64,000 nt of DNA from a virus (IMGVR_UViG_2862178590_000001:23681-87680), one strand, 5' to 3'; positions 8,984-18,688 are shown, counted from the first letter of the stretch. The notes: a model not told the origin generated them from the letters alone. Numbers and translations: made by a program.

Positions 8984-9201
8984 TAGGCCCTCCCCTTGCG
9001 CGTGGTGATGGTCGGCCTCGGTTGGCGGCGGGTTCCGGCGACGAGGCGCAGGATCGCGGCCCGCACGCGCGGGTTGGTGTCGATCGCTTCGAGGAGCCGT
9101 TCAGTGAACTCGGCCTCGTCGGCTGCGGCTTCAACGTCGGCGAGCGTCACGGCCTTGCGGGTAGCGCGCTTCTTGGGCGGGATCTCGTACACGTTGATCA
9201 C
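8983..9201 (-). CDS. Hypothetical protein (72 aa)
   Basis: GTG start overlaps TGA of the upstream gene; INVYEIPPKK...TRKGRA. Confidence 0.55.
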   Translation of the reverse strand: MINVYEIPPKKRATRKAVTLADVEAAADEAEFTERLLEAIDTNPRVRAAILRLVAGTRRQPRPTITTRKGRA

Positions 9202-9704
9202 CGCCCGACCACCGACGCCGAGAACGTGATCGCCGTTGGGCTCCCTGTGCTGCTCCACCCGAAGCGAGCCGTGCCCGTGAGCACCGCGGTGACGACGCCG
9301 GTAGCGGCCGGGAACGGGCCGATCTGCACGCTGGTCACCCCGGCGCTGGTCAGGGATCCGCTCGTCCACACCCGGTACCAGACGCCGTCGGAGCCGAGCC
9401 GGTCCGCGAAGAAGGTGACAGCTGGGCTGCTGCCGCCGGTGAAGCCCACGAGGGTGATGTCGACTGCGAGCGCGGACACGGCCGCGGTCGAGAAGGACAC
9501 CCCGGCGTTGCTCACCGCCTGAGCGCCAGACAGGTAGGTGATGAACGTCGTGGTCGTCGTGGACGTGGTCACCGGCACGCTCGTGCCGCCCACCACGCCC
9601 TGGATCGACGTGACGCTGGACGCCGGACTGCCCGCCGTACCGGAGGCGGAGCCGATCACGTTGCCGTTGTTGTCGACCGGCGTGAACACCGGATTTGTAG
9701 GCAT
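9198..9704 (-). CDS. Thr/Ser/Gly-rich putative virion (decoration) protein
   Basis: 168 aa beta-rich composition, GGAGG RBS. Confidence 0.6.
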   Translation of the reverse strand: MPTNPVFTPVDNNGNVIGSASGTAGSPASSVTSIQGVVGGTSVPVTTSTTTTTFITYLSGAQAVSNAGVSFSTAAVSALAVDITLVGFTGGSSPAVTFFADRLGSDGVWYRVWTSGSLTSAGVTSVQIGPFPAATGVVTAVLTGTARFGWSSTGSPTAITFSASVVGR

Positions 9705-9719
9705 CAGATCCTCCAGGTC

Positions 9720-10496
9720 TCAGAGCGGCACCAGGCAGCAGCGGCAGCGGGCGTGAGCGGGCAACGTCGGCGCGCCGAGCAGGCTGTAGGGGCTGGCGGT
9801 CTCTCGGGACAGGCAGAGCTCGCAGACGCGTGCGTCGCCTGCGGTCATCCAGACCACCGCTTGGGCGCCGGCGCCGAGGTAGGCGGCGAGCATTCCGGCC
9901 CCGTAGGCGGCGGAAACTGTGACGTCGGCGGCGAGCTCCACGTCGAGTCCCTCATCGAGGGTGACCTCGGCGTCACCCGCAGGGTCTTCGTCGCTGTCGG
10001 CCATGGAGCGTCCGGCCCGGGTGGCGCCGGCTGTCAAGGCGGAGGAGAGGACGGCGGTCGCGGTGGCGTCGGCTCTGTCGTCGCTCAAGTCGGGTGAGCC
10101 GATGGCGTAGGGGTTCTCGGGTTCGTCGAGGTCGCTGTCGTCGGCCTCGTCGCGGGTGACGAGGGCATGTCCGGCGGTCCATCCGGCTCGGTGGGCGCGC
10201 TGCGCGGCGAGAGCGAGGGCGGCTCGGGTGCGGCGCCAACTGCGGGCGGCGAGCGTCGCGGCGACGGCTTGGGCTGCCGCTTGCCGCCGGTGCCGCTCCG
10301 CAGGGGTGAGCGCTTCGCCGATTGCGAGCCGCCAGGCGTCGACGGCCGGACCCAGGTTGAGGCCGTGCAGGTCGGCCCGCCAGGCCGCGCTGACGATCGC
10401 GTCAGCGGTGGCGTGCAGGGCGAGGCGGCGGGCGTAAACCGGCCGCCAGATGCCTTGGAGGCTGCCGATCTGGAGGGTGGCGTCAGGCACGGCCAC
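9720..10496 (-). CDS. MuF-like minor head protein
   Basis: C-terminal WMTAGDARVCELC...PAHARCRC motif; follows portal. Confidence 0.85.
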   Translation of the reverse strand: MAVPDATLQIGSLQGIWRPVYARRLALHATADAIVSAAWRADLHGLNLGPAVDAWRLAIGEALTPAERHRRQAAAQAVAATLAARSWRRTRAALALAAQRAHRAGWTAGHALVTRDEADDSDLDEPENPYAIGSPDLSDDRADATATAVLSSALTAGATRAGRSMADSDEDPAGDAEVTLDEGLDVELAADVTVSAAYGAGMLAAYLGAGAQAVVWMTAGDARVCELCLSRETASPYSLLGAPTLPAHARCRCCLVPL

Positions 10497-10505
10497 CCCC
10501 TCAAC

Positions 10506-10580
10506 TCAGCCGATCCGCTTGGCGATCAGCGGCCCTACGTCCTGCGCGCGCGTCGGATGCCCGGGTCCCATAGAGGTCAC
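10506..10580 (-). CDS. 24-aa small ORF (M)TSMGPGHPTRAQDVGPLIAKRIG
   Basis: AGGAGG RBS; GTG overlaps TGA of the upstream ORF; fills the gap before muF; below ORF-track cutoff. Confidence 0.5.
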   Translation of the reverse strand: MTSMGPGHPTRAQDVGPLIAKRIG

Positions 10581-10774
10581 CATCCCTCCTGCTCGATGGG
10601 GGCGAGGAATTCGTCGGGGCCCGGCAGGCCGTGGCAGGCCATGTAGTCGGCGAGTTCCTCCATAGAAAGGAACGGGCCCGCGAGATGGCCCGCGTTGTGG
10701 GCGTACCAGCGGACGTGGAAGCCGCCGAGCCGGTCGGCATCCAGCTCATTGGCGTGTCCTCGCAGCGCGGTCAC
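10577..10774 (-). CDS. Hypothetical protein (65 aa)
   Basis: GTG overlaps portal TGA; TALRGHANELDADRLGG...EQEGW. Confidence 0.55.
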   Translation of the reverse strand: MTALRGHANELDADRLGGFHVRWYAHNAGHLAGPFLSMEELADYMACHGLPGPDEFLAPIEQEGW

Positions 10775-12297
10775 AGTTTGGCCAGGGCTTCGTCGAGACA
10801 GCGCCGGTACAGGTCGTCCCACAGTTCCTCCGGCGGTTCACCTTGCGCGGCGTCCTTGGCGAGGCCGGGGCCGTCCTCGGGGTCCTGGGGGCCGTCGCCG
10901 GTGGGCGGTGGCACCAGATCGTTCGGGTCGGGCGGAGCCTCGCCGGGCGCCGGGGCTTGTGCCTGGGAGCCGAGATTCTTGGTGATGAACGACTTGGCGA
11001 GGTCGCCCATGTTCGACCAGTCGGCGATGAACGTGCGCTCCATGAAGATCGCGTCGTCACCGCCGTCGACGGGGGGTTCGCCGATCTCGGCACGCCACCG
11101 GTTGAGGGTGTACGCGCCGTTGCGCAGCCTCGTCTCCCGGATATCCTCGACGATCTTCGAGTCCCGGAAGTCGATCTCCTCGAATTCCAGGTGCCAGTCG
11201 GTGATCCCGAACCCGAGCTGGAGCAGGTGGAAGTTCAGCTTCTCCAGGATCAGGTTGGCGATCGGGATGATCGTGTTGACGCGGAACGTCTTGTCCTGCG
11301 CCTCGCCTGTACCGCCGCCGAGGTTGCCGGTCTCGATGATCCCCAACTTCGCTGGGGGCACTCCGAACGACGCGATGATCTGGTCGCGCAGCTGCCTGTC
11401 GGCGTCCAGGTAGTCGGTTACCTTCCGCTGGTCCAGGACGCCAACCACGCCGTTCCCGGTCGTGACCACCGGCTCGCCGACAGCCTTCGGGCCGAGGTTG
11501 AAGACGCGGTACATCTCGCGCCATTTCTGCACGTCGCTGTCGCTGTAGTGCCCCAGGTCGACATGCAACCGGGGCGGATCGCCGCGCCGGAAACACTCCT
11601 TGAGCGTGGCCATGGTGAACAACCACGCAGTCACGGGCAACAGCACCTTCTGCGCTGGGCTGACGCCGTACAGGCCGCCGCGGGGAGCGTCGAGGCTGAT
11701 GTGGATGACCTGGTCCGCGTCGAAGCGCGCGATACGGACGCCGTCGACGTCCTGGATGTAGCCGGACACCTCGCCGTGCTCGTCGGACACCACGGTCATC
11801 GTGGTGGCGTCCAGCGTGTACAGGGCAACCGGCTCCCCCAGGAGAGCAACGACCTCCAGGTAAGCGTCGCCGAACAGCAGCAGGTCCGTCGCGACGTTCC
11901 GCAGCAGCTGGACCATGTCCTCGCGGGCGTTGCAGAACCGCATCAGCCGCCGCAACCGCGCCACCTGCGGGGTCTCGGGCGCAGTTCCGGCCCCGGCAGG
12001 GTCGTTCTCCGGTACGGCCTGGAGGCCGCCGGCGGTGACGGTCCGCGCGATCAGGTCGACGCAGGCGGAGACCCAGTTGCACGACATGTAGGCCTGGTGG
12101 AGCTGGGCGAGAACCTGCTGCCGCTCCGACGTCGCCGACGTCAGGCTGCTCGTGTTCTGGATGTTGAGTGGGAGACCGTACTCGTAACCGACCCGCCGTA
12201 CCTGCGCCGGGGTCGGCGCCTCCAGCGACTCGACGACCGCCTGCTCGGCGACGGGGGTGCGCCCGAGGCGCTCGCGCAGCCAGCTCACAGCGCCCAC
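10771..12297 (-). CDS. Portal protein
   Basis: 508 aa; LLLFGDAYLEV, YGVSPAQ, IIASFGVPPAKLG, TLNRWRAEIGEPPVDGGD motifs of HK97-like portals. Confidence 0.95.
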   Translation of the reverse strand: MGAVSWLRERLGRTPVAEQAVVESLEAPTPAQVRRVGYEYGLPLNIQNTSSLTSATSERQQVLAQLHQAYMSCNWVSACVDLIARTVTAGGLQAVPENDPAGAGTAPETPQVARLRRLMRFCNAREDMVQLLRNVATDLLLFGDAYLEVVALLGEPVALYTLDATTMTVVSDEHGEVSGYIQDVDGVRIARFDADQVIHISLDAPRGGLYGVSPAQKVLLPVTAWLFTMATLKECFRRGDPPRLHVDLGHYSDSDVQKWREMYRVFNLGPKAVGEPVVTTGNGVVGVLDQRKVTDYLDADRQLRDQIIASFGVPPAKLGIIETGNLGGGTGEAQDKTFRVNTIIPIANLILEKLNFHLLQLGFGITDWHLEFEEIDFRDSKIVEDIRETRLRNGAYTLNRWRAEIGEPPVDGGDDAIFMERTFIADWSNMGDLAKSFITKNLGSQAQAPAPGEAPPDPNDLVPPPTGDGPQDPEDGPGLAKDAAQGEPPEELWDDLYRRCLDEALAKL

Positions 12298-13790
12298 GGG
12301 TCACCCCCTGTCAGGATCGGGAAGCTGCCGATCGACGGGACCGCCGGTACGGGCCTGTTGCTGCTCGTGGCGTTCGGGTCGAGAACTGGGGCCACCGGAT
12401 CCGGCGCCGGGAAGTGGAAGCGCGCCCCGCCACCCAAGTTGATCAACAGGTAGCGGCCCGCGTCGTATGCATGGTCCTCGGCGTTGGTGTCGACGTCCTC
12501 CGGGTTGCCGCTCATGGCATGTGGCAGGACCGGCAGCGTGCGGATCAGATTCGCGCAGGTCGTGAACACGTGCACCTTCGGGCACGTCTCCCAGCCCTGG
12601 GCACGGTGGTGCGGGCAGGCCGGGGCTTCCGCAAGGTAGGAGTGCCAGCGCTGCAGCCCGGACAGGCGGGAGCCAGGCCCCTTGCCTGCCGGGGTGAGCG
12701 GCACGCCGTGCTGGCCATAGACGTCGGCAACAGCCTGCGCGTCGCCCCGGGTTGCCCACATCGAATCGTCGGCGTAGCGGGCCGCAACCTGCTCGTCCGA
12801 CCCTTCGGCGGCCAGGATCCGGCGGGCCTGTTCGGCCTCGCCGACCTGGGTGGCGTACAGCTCGCGGTAGAACCAGACCCGACCGTCCTCGTCGACAGCC
12901 GCCCACAGCACACACCAGGGAGCGGTGTAGCCCCAGTCGATACCGACATAGCGACGCCACGATGCGGGAAGGGCGATCGGGGCGATGGTGTGGCGGTCGT
13001 GCCGCCATTCGCTGAGGGCCTGTCCCATGAAAGAGTCCCAGTCCCCGTCGAGGAAGGCCCGGCGGAGCTTGTCCGGGAGCGCTTTGAGGTCGTCGGCGTA
13101 CTCGGGATTGATGTGCGGGTTGTCGGTGAGCTTGGACGGGATGAAGCGGACCGTCCTGCCGCGCTCGTCGATGACGACACGCTGCCCGTAGCCGGTGGCG
13201 TCGACATACCGCTGCTTGACCGTGCCGTGTCCTGGGCCGCCGGGGTTGGTGCCGGCTCGCACTCCGATGACCGGTACGTCGCCGCGGCCGGTGCGCAGCC
13301 GCGACTCCAGGAACGCGACTACGTCGGGCGGGGTCAGTGTCAGCTCGTCGAACATCAGCAGCTGGTACTGGCCGCCCTGGCGGCGGGTGGAGTCCTTGAG
13401 GGACTCGGCGTAGCGGAACATCAGGAGACTGCCGTTGGGGAAGCGCAGTTCGTATTCGGTGCCGTTCCAGGAGGCCCCGAGAGCTCCGGCGTAGCCGACC
13501 GCCGCGAGTTCGGCGAGCAGGGATTCCTTGAGCTCGCCGTAGGTGCGGCGGAATGCCCCGACGCGGATTCCGGGGTAGCGGACGCAGGCCCGGATCGCCT
13601 CCATGGTCAGTGCCTTCGACTTGCCCCCGCCGGCCGCGCCGCCCATGAGGACGGCGAATTCCTCGGCGTCGTGGAACAGCTGCTGCCGGGCGGTGGGGGT
13701 GTAGTCGAGGAGGCCGAACACGTCGATGCGGCGGAGCCGTTCGGCCTCGCGTCGCCGGACTTCAGCCTGGAGGGCTTTCAGCTCCTCCAT
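12285..13790 (-). CDS. terL: Terminase large subunit
   Basis: Walker A GGAAGGGKS, Walker B LLMFDE, GTNPGG coupling motif, nuclease GIDWG and EDHAYDAGRY; start position uncertain. Confidence 0.95.
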   Translation of the reverse strand: MEELKALQAEVRRREAERLRRIDVFGLLDYTPTARQQLFHDAEEFAVLMGGAAGGGKSKALTMEAIRACVRYPGIRVGAFRRTYGELKESLLAELAAVGYAGALGASWNGTEYELRFPNGSLLMFRYAESLKDSTRRQGGQYQLLMFDELTLTPPDVVAFLESRLRTGRGDVPVIGVRAGTNPGGPGHGTVKQRYVDATGYGQRVVIDERGRTVRFIPSKLTDNPHINPEYADDLKALPDKLRRAFLDGDWDSFMGQALSEWRHDRHTIAPIALPASWRRYVGIDWGYTAPWCVLWAAVDEDGRVWFYRELYATQVGEAEQARRILAAEGSDEQVAARYADDSMWATRGDAQAVADVYGQHGVPLTPAGKGPGSRLSGLQRWHSYLAEAPACPHHRAQGWETCPKVHVFTTCANLIRTLPVLPHAMSGNPEDVDTNAEDHAYDAGRYLLINLGGGARFHFPAPDPVAPVLDPNATSSNRPVPAVPSIGSFPILTGGDPWAL

Positions 13791-14295
13791 CTTCTGAATC
13801 TTGAGCTTCAATAGCGGCGAGCTGTTCCCGGGCTTCGATGAGGGCGTGGTCGAGGGCATCGACGGTGAACACCCCCTCGATCCTGGTGGCGGCGTCAAGA
13901 CCTCGCAGCTTTGCCACCCGGTCGCCGATCTTCACAAGCCGGTCCATGGCCGCCAGCTTCGGCCCCGGATCGAGCAGTGGCTGACCCGTCTCAGGGTCCT
14001 CGACGAGCCTCCCGCCAGGCGTGATCACGTAGTGCCGGGCGCGCATCACCACGTGAGCTTCTTCGGCGAGGTGCTCCAGCTCGGCGAGCTGTTCTTCGCG
14101 GTACACCTCGACACCGATGCGGAGTCCGGCGATGTTCTCTTCCAGCGTCCGGTAGAAATCCTTGGACGCGGCGTTGGCGTTGGCGTACCCAAGTTCCTCG
14201 TAGATCTGCGAATACGGGACTTTACGGCGCCGGTACTCGACGAGCTTGGCGCGCCGGTCGGCGGTCGCGGCGCGTTCAGCGCGGGGACGTGGCAT
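13762..14295 (-). CDS. terS: Terminase small subunit
   Basis: N-terminal HTH (YSQIYEELGYANANAASKD), RVAKLRGLDA motif, overlaps terL start. Confidence 0.8.
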   Translation of the reverse strand: MPRPRAERAATADRRAKLVEYRRRKVPYSQIYEELGYANANAASKDFYRTLEENIAGLRIGVEVYREEQLAELEHLAEEAHVVMRARHYVITPGGRLVEDPETGQPLLDPGPKLAAMDRLVKIGDRVAKLRGLDAATRIEGVFTVDALDHALIEAREQLAAIEAQDSEDGGAESPPG

Positions 14296-14310
14296 CGGAT
14301 CCCCCCTTGC

Positions 14311-14724
14311 TCAGTGCCAGCCGGGTGGGAGTTCCTGCGGCGCGGGGTCCGGTTCGGGTGCGGGGAGCGGCTCGGGCGTGCAGTCGCAGGCGGGCAGCGT
14401 CTTCGCGTTGGGTGCGGTGCACGCTTTGGTGTGGATGCGGGCGGCGGCGTCCTGGCCGATGGCGTGGTGGATGCAGGCGCCGACGGCCCGTGTGACGTCC
14501 GTCTGCGTGGGCAGCGGTCCGAAGTCGGGCGGCTGCTGCTGCGGGTCGGCGAGGAGGGTGAGTTCGTCGCGGCGGGTCTGGATGGCGTGCAGGTAGTCGG
14601 CGAACTCCGGGTCGGTGAGGCGGCGTTGCCAGTGCACGAGAGCTTCGCCGCCGCACAGCCCGCAGGCGAGCGGCGGCGACACCGGGCCGGGAGCCGGGAT
14701 GGGCGCGGCCAGGGGCTCCGTCAT
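14311..14724 (-). CDS. Cys/His-containing hypothetical protein
   Basis: ATG at 14724 with GAGGAGG RBS; CGLC, CIHH, H..AC..CDC possible Zn ligands. Confidence 0.6.
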   Translation of the reverse strand: MTEPLAAPIPAPGPVSPPLACGLCGGEALVHWQRRLTDPEFADYLHAIQTRRDELTLLADPQQQPPDFGPLPTQTDVTRAVGACIHHAIGQDAAARIHTKACTAPNAKTLPACDCTPEPLPAPEPDPAPQELPPGWH

Positions 14725-14734
14725 GTCGGCCTCC

Positions 14735-15061
14735 TCAGGTGATGGTGAGCAGGCCGACGTTGATGACCGGGATCTCGGGACTGTCCATGATTTTGATCCA
14801 TATGGTGTAGGTGCCCGGGGTGAGCGTGACCGTGCCGCCGGGCCCGACCAGGCACTGTGCCAAGTAAGCGTTGCCGGGCGGGCGGGGCTGGGTGCCGTCC
14901 CAGGACCCGGCTTTCCAGTCGGGCCCGGTGGGGGTTCCACTGCCGGTGAGGAACGCGAACTGCACGACGTCACCGGTCGGGTTGAGGGGGTTCCCGCCGA
15001 CGGTCGCGATGACCGACGCCTGGACGTACTGGAGGCTTGCCGCGGACTGTGTGATCGTCAC
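14735..15061 (-). CDS. Small Ig-like (BppU N-terminal-like) structural protein
   Basis: 108 aa, LTPGTYTIWIKIMDSPEIPVINVGLLTI C-terminus; GTG overlaps upstream stop. Confidence 0.55.
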   Translation of the reverse strand: MTITQSAASLQYVQASVIATVGGNPLNPTGDVVQFAFLTGSGTPTGPDWKAGSWDGTQPRPPGNAYLAQCLVGPGGTVTLTPGTYTIWIKIMDSPEIPVINVGLLTIT

Positions 15062-16797
15062 TTGCCCCCCTTGGCGCGCCATCGGTGAATCATGCGCGTG
15101 ATCCGCCAGCGCGGGTCGGGGTCCGGGCCCGTCTGCCAGCGGCCCTGCCCCTGGCCCACCTGCCACCGGCCGGGCCCCGCAGATACGGCCCACCGCAGGA
15201 GCGGGCCGACGGCCCGGACCACGAGATCGCCGGAGCGCGCGAGGAGCATCGTGGTGGCCGAGTTGGTGGCGACGGTCGCGGCGAGCCGCTGGATGTAGCG
15301 GCGGGCGCTGACGATGCCTGTCGTCACCGTTACGGTGGCCTGGCGGGTGATGGCCGCCGCCCGGGCGGCCGTGCCGGTGGCCGTCACGGCTGCCTGCCGG
15401 ATCAGCATGGTCGAGCGCTGCACCGCCGGAGCCGCGTCCACCGCCGCGGTGCGCCGCAGGCCGACCACCCTGCCGATGCTGCCGGTAAGCCCGGCGACCG
15501 CCGCGAGGGCGATGGTGCGCGCACCTTGCAGCGCCACGCTGCCGGTGGTGGAGGTGGTGGCAGCCAGGGTCCGCAGGAAGTGGCGGGCGCTGGCCGCCGC
15601 AGCAGTCACGGCCACGGCGGCCGGGCGGGCGAGCGCGGTTGCGCGTTGCAGGGTCGCCCTGTTCGTCGCGGCGGCAGCCCGGCCGAGGCCGGTGGCGCGC
15701 AGCACCGACGGGCTGCTGGTCGCGGTGGCCGTGAGCGTCGTCGCCCACGCGCGGACGGCACTCACGCCGGTCGCGGCGATGGCGGTACGTCGGAGTGCCG
15801 CAGCCCGCAGCGCTGTTGCGCCTGCCGCCATGCTGGCCGTCAGGACTGTCGTCGAGGTACGGACGGCGTTCGCGCTCGTCGAGACCGTGGCCGTCAGCCT
15901 GGTGGTCAGGGCCCGCTGTACACCGGCCGCTGTGTTCGCCGTCGCCGCCAAGGTCTTGGCCGTCATCCGGCCGACTGTGGAGAGCGTCGTCGCCGTGGCG
16001 GTGCGGGCCAGTCCGGCAAGCCGCTGGGCGCCGGCGGCGGTCGAGGCGGTTGCGGCCAGGGCGCGGGACCATGTCATCCGTATCGCGGCCGTGGCGCCGG
16101 CACTGACTGTCGCCGTTCTGGCCAGGCCTGCGGCGCGCGCCGCAGAGGCCGTGCCGGTGACCGCCGCCGCTTTGGCCAGCGCCGCAGCGCGCGCCAGGGA
16201 CACGCTGGTGGTGGCCGTGGCCGTAAGCGCCTTGGTCACTGCCCGGACCAGGCTGGTCGCCGTGGCGAGGGTTGTCAACCGTGGCAGAGTCGTGGCTCGC
16301 CGTGAGCCGCCCGTTGTTCCGGCGGTGCCCTGGCGGCTGAGCGTCCCGGTGCGAGTCACGCCCGCCGCCGTCGCGGCCGTGACCGTGCGGGCGAGTGCTG
16401 CGGTGCGGGTGACGCTGAGGGTGGTCGTGGTCGTGGCGGCGCGGGGCAATGCCGTGGCGCGCTGGGGTGTCGCGGTGCTGGCGATGCTCGAAGTCCGGGG
16501 CAGGCCCGTCTGTCGCAGCGTCCCGGCGAGCGTACCGGTCGTTCCCGCCCGCTGAAGTCCAGTGAGCCGCTGAACTGTCGAGGTCGTGGCTGCCGCCGCC
16601 GATCGGGGCAGCCCCGCCAGCCGCAGGACCGTGGCGCTGGTGAGTGCCGTTGCCGTTCTGGGCAGTGCCGTCAGCCGCACGAGGTTGCCGCCGGTCGACA
16701 CGGTCGCCGTGGCGCTAATGTTGTAGTTGTGGGGGCCTGTGGTGAGGTCGGTTCCGAGGCGGATCCGGTCTGGGATCGACCGCCCGAGACGTGCCAC
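15058..16797 (-). CDS. Ala/Thr/Arg-rich repeat protein, putative fibre
   Basis: 579 aa with about 18-aa Arg-anchored period (RMTAKTLAATANTAAGVQ / RALTTRLTATVSTSANAV / RTSTTVLTASMAAGATAL ...). Confidence 0.65.
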   Translation of the reverse strand: MARLGRSIPDRIRLGTDLTTGPHNYNISATATVSTGGNLVRLTALPRTATALTSATVLRLAGLPRSAAAATTSTVQRLTGLQRAGTTGTLAGTLRQTGLPRTSSIASTATPQRATALPRAATTTTTLSVTRTAALARTVTAATAAGVTRTGTLSRQGTAGTTGGSRRATTLPRLTTLATATSLVRAVTKALTATATTSVSLARAAALAKAAAVTGTASAARAAGLARTATVSAGATAAIRMTWSRALAATASTAAGAQRLAGLARTATATTLSTVGRMTAKTLAATANTAAGVQRALTTRLTATVSTSANAVRTSTTVLTASMAAGATALRAAALRRTAIAATGVSAVRAWATTLTATATSSPSVLRATGLGRAAAATNRATLQRATALARPAAVAVTAAAASARHFLRTLAATTSTTGSVALQGARTIALAAVAGLTGSIGRVVGLRRTAAVDAAPAVQRSTMLIRQAAVTATGTAARAAAITRQATVTVTTGIVSARRYIQRLAATVATNSATTMLLARSGDLVVRAVGPLLRWAVSAGPGRWQVGQGQGRWQTGPDPDPRWRITRMIHRWRAKGGK

Positions 16798-16809
16798 GGC
16801 AGCCCCCGC

Positions 16810-17322
16810 TTAGATGAGTTCGATCCAGCGGGCGTAGATGATCGCGTTGACGGTGGCCGCGGTGTTGATGCGGAACTGCAGGTACTGGGCCGATGATCCG
16901 CCGAAGCGCGGGTAGTCCTCCAGCGGCCAGATCTTCGCGTAGGCCGAGAAGACCTGCTGCCGGTCGACGGGCCGCAACGTCGTGTTGGAGGTGATCGCGC
17001 CGTTGCCGAAGCCGGTCGCACCCGTGCCCATCGTCAGGCGGCTGTTCGACAGGGTGTAGTTGTCGATCGCCGGAAACACCGTCGTCGTGGTGTGCGCGGT
17101 GGTCACCGTCGACGCGGTGGCCGTCGAGGCGACCTCAAGGACTGCGGCAGTGGTCTGCACCGCAGCCAGCGACACGCCCCACTCGACGAGAGCGATCTGT
17201 CCGTTCGCGGGGATGCCCAGCTGCAAGGCGACCTTGGCGCCTGCGGCGTAGGAGGTGCCGCCGTCGACGTTCGTCGTCGTCGACAGGGCCGAGTTGTAGG
17301 CCTGGAACTGGGAGCCGGCCAC
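16810..17322 (-). CDS. Hypothetical structural protein
   Basis: 170 aa beta-rich, GGAGG RBS, same operon. Confidence 0.6.
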   Translation of the reverse strand: MAGSQFQAYNSALSTTTNVDGGTSYAAGAKVALQLGIPANGQIALVEWGVSLAAVQTTAAVLEVASTATASTVTTAHTTTTVFPAIDNYTLSNSRLTMGTGATGFGNGAITSNTTLRPVDRQQVFSAYAKIWPLEDYPRFGGSSAQYLQFRINTAATVNAIIYARWIELI

Positions 17323-17331
17323 CGGAGCCTC

Positions 17332-17850
17332 CTACCAGACGTGGGAGCGGACGATGGCCGGGGCCCGGTTGAGGAGGGCCTGTTCCGGGGGGTAGCCGAA
17401 GAACATTTCGTCGCAGTAGTACAGCTGGCTGCCTGCGGTGGCGGTGATGACGATGATCGGGATGCACTGCTGGGTCGTGGCGACCGGGGTCATGGGGGCG
17501 CCGATCTGGGTCCAGACGCTGGCGGGGGCGGTGGTGTCCGCGCCGACGCCGGTGGAGATGTACGTCGTGGCGGTGTACCAGTCGACCTCGATGTGCGCGG
17601 TGACCTGCACAGGTGGGTAGAGCCAGTAGGACGCCGTGTACTGGGCGCTCACGCTGAGTCCGGTGATGCGGTTGGCGGTGTTGGCGGAGATGGTGCCCGA
17701 TGCGGTGGAGGTGAGGCGGAGGCTGTGGGTGCCGTCGCGGGCCTGGGTGGTGGACTGGGCGATGGTCGTGTTGCCTCCGGCAGCCCAGCCGGTGATGTCG
17801 GTCTCGACGCTCTCGTCGTTGTACGTCAGCAGGTTGCCGGTCAGCGCCAC
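17332..17850 (-). CDS. Carbohydrate-binding-module-like (CBM4/9 jelly-roll) protein
   Basis: GNLLTYNDESVETDITGW...STTQARDGTHSLRLT...YTASYWL...YYCDEMF pattern. Confidence 0.7.
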   Translation of the reverse strand: MALTGNLLTYNDESVETDITGWAAGGNTTIAQSTTQARDGTHSLRLTSTASGTISANTANRITGLSVSAQYTASYWLYPPVQVTAHIEVDWYTATTYISTGVGADTTAPASVWTQIGAPMTPVATTQQCIPIIVITATAGSQLYYCDEMFFGYPPEQALLNRAPAIVRSHVW

Positions 17851-18482
17851 TACGTGATCTTCACGGTCAAGGTATAGGTCACAGCGTCATTGATCGCCAA
17901 GGTCTGCGACCCGTGATCCGCATGAAAGAACAGCGTCCCGTTCGTGCCAGCCGTCGACCCCGGAATGTTCCCCAGCGTCACCGTGTCGCCGTTCGACTGC
18001 GTCACCGCCGTCGACCCGTTCGCCGCCCGCGCCAGGGTCAGTGCCGTCGACCCGGACCCGGCGGTCACCTGCATGACCTCGCCCCGGCACTGGATGTAGG
18101 TGCCGTTGGCGGGGGTGTAGGACGCCGACGCCGTACCCGACGTGCCGCCGGTACCGGTCGGAGCGGTCGCCCACGTGAAGCTGAAGGGCTTCGACGAGGC
18201 GTCGGACAGGGCGACTTCGGCGATCGTCTGCCCCGAGGCGGACGTGAACGTGCCCGTCACCTGGTACGTGTCGTTCGCCGTGGTCGTGGTCTGCTGCGAA
18301 CTGGTGCCCGCAACCCTGGCCTCGGCGGCTTCCTTGTACAGGGCGACGTCCGTGACCGCGGCAGTCAGCGAGTTGGGGTTGTTGCCCCACGCGAGGTTGA
18401 GGGGCTCGGCCTGCGTCGGTGACGAGCCGCGCATCCGGCCCGTCATGATGTCGCGGCCCTTGGATGTGACCACAGCGGCCAT
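17850..18482 (-). CDS. Tail-collar-fibre-like structural protein
   Basis: VVTSKGRD...TDVALYKEAAEARV...QTIAEVAL pattern resembles tail-collar fibre N-termini. Confidence 0.55.
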   Translation of the reverse strand: MAAVVTSKGRDIMTGRMRGSSPTQAEPLNLAWGNNPNSLTAAVTDVALYKEAAEARVAGTSSQQTTTTANDTYQVTGTFTSASGQTIAEVALSDASSKPFSFTWATAPTGTGGTSGTASASYTPANGTYIQCRGEVMQVTAGSGSTALTLARAANGSTAVTQSNGDTVTLGNIPGSTAGTNGTLFFHADHGSQTLAINDAVTYTLTVKIT

Positions 18483-18487
18483 TGAGG

Positions 18488-18688
18488 TCAGCCCCTTCCT
18501 GTCGTGCGATTGGACTTGGCGATACGCCGGTTAGCGAGCGGCCTGCCGATCAGACGCCACCAGGCCCGTTTGATCGGGTTGTTGAACGTGGCCTCGACGA
18601 GCCCGTGGTCGTGGACGGTCCCGTCGGCGCGGGTTACGACCATGTACAGCCGGGACTCGGGCGCCTGCTCGGCGCGCTGCTCGCCCAC
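18488..18688 (-). CDS. Hypothetical protein (66 aa)
   Basis: ORF track; in operon. Confidence 0.55.
   Translation of the reverse strand: MGEQRAEQAPESRLYMVVTRADGTVHDHGLVEATFNNPIKRAWWRLIGRPLANRRIAKSNRTTGRG

Noticed and set aside
9720-10496. MuF-fused polymorphic toxin
   Set aside because: The protein ends right after the MuF Cys motif, with no toxin extension and no immunity gene.
15058-18482. Diversity-generating retroelement targeting the fibre genes
   Set aside because: No reverse transcriptase and no template/variable repeat pair was recognised in the window.
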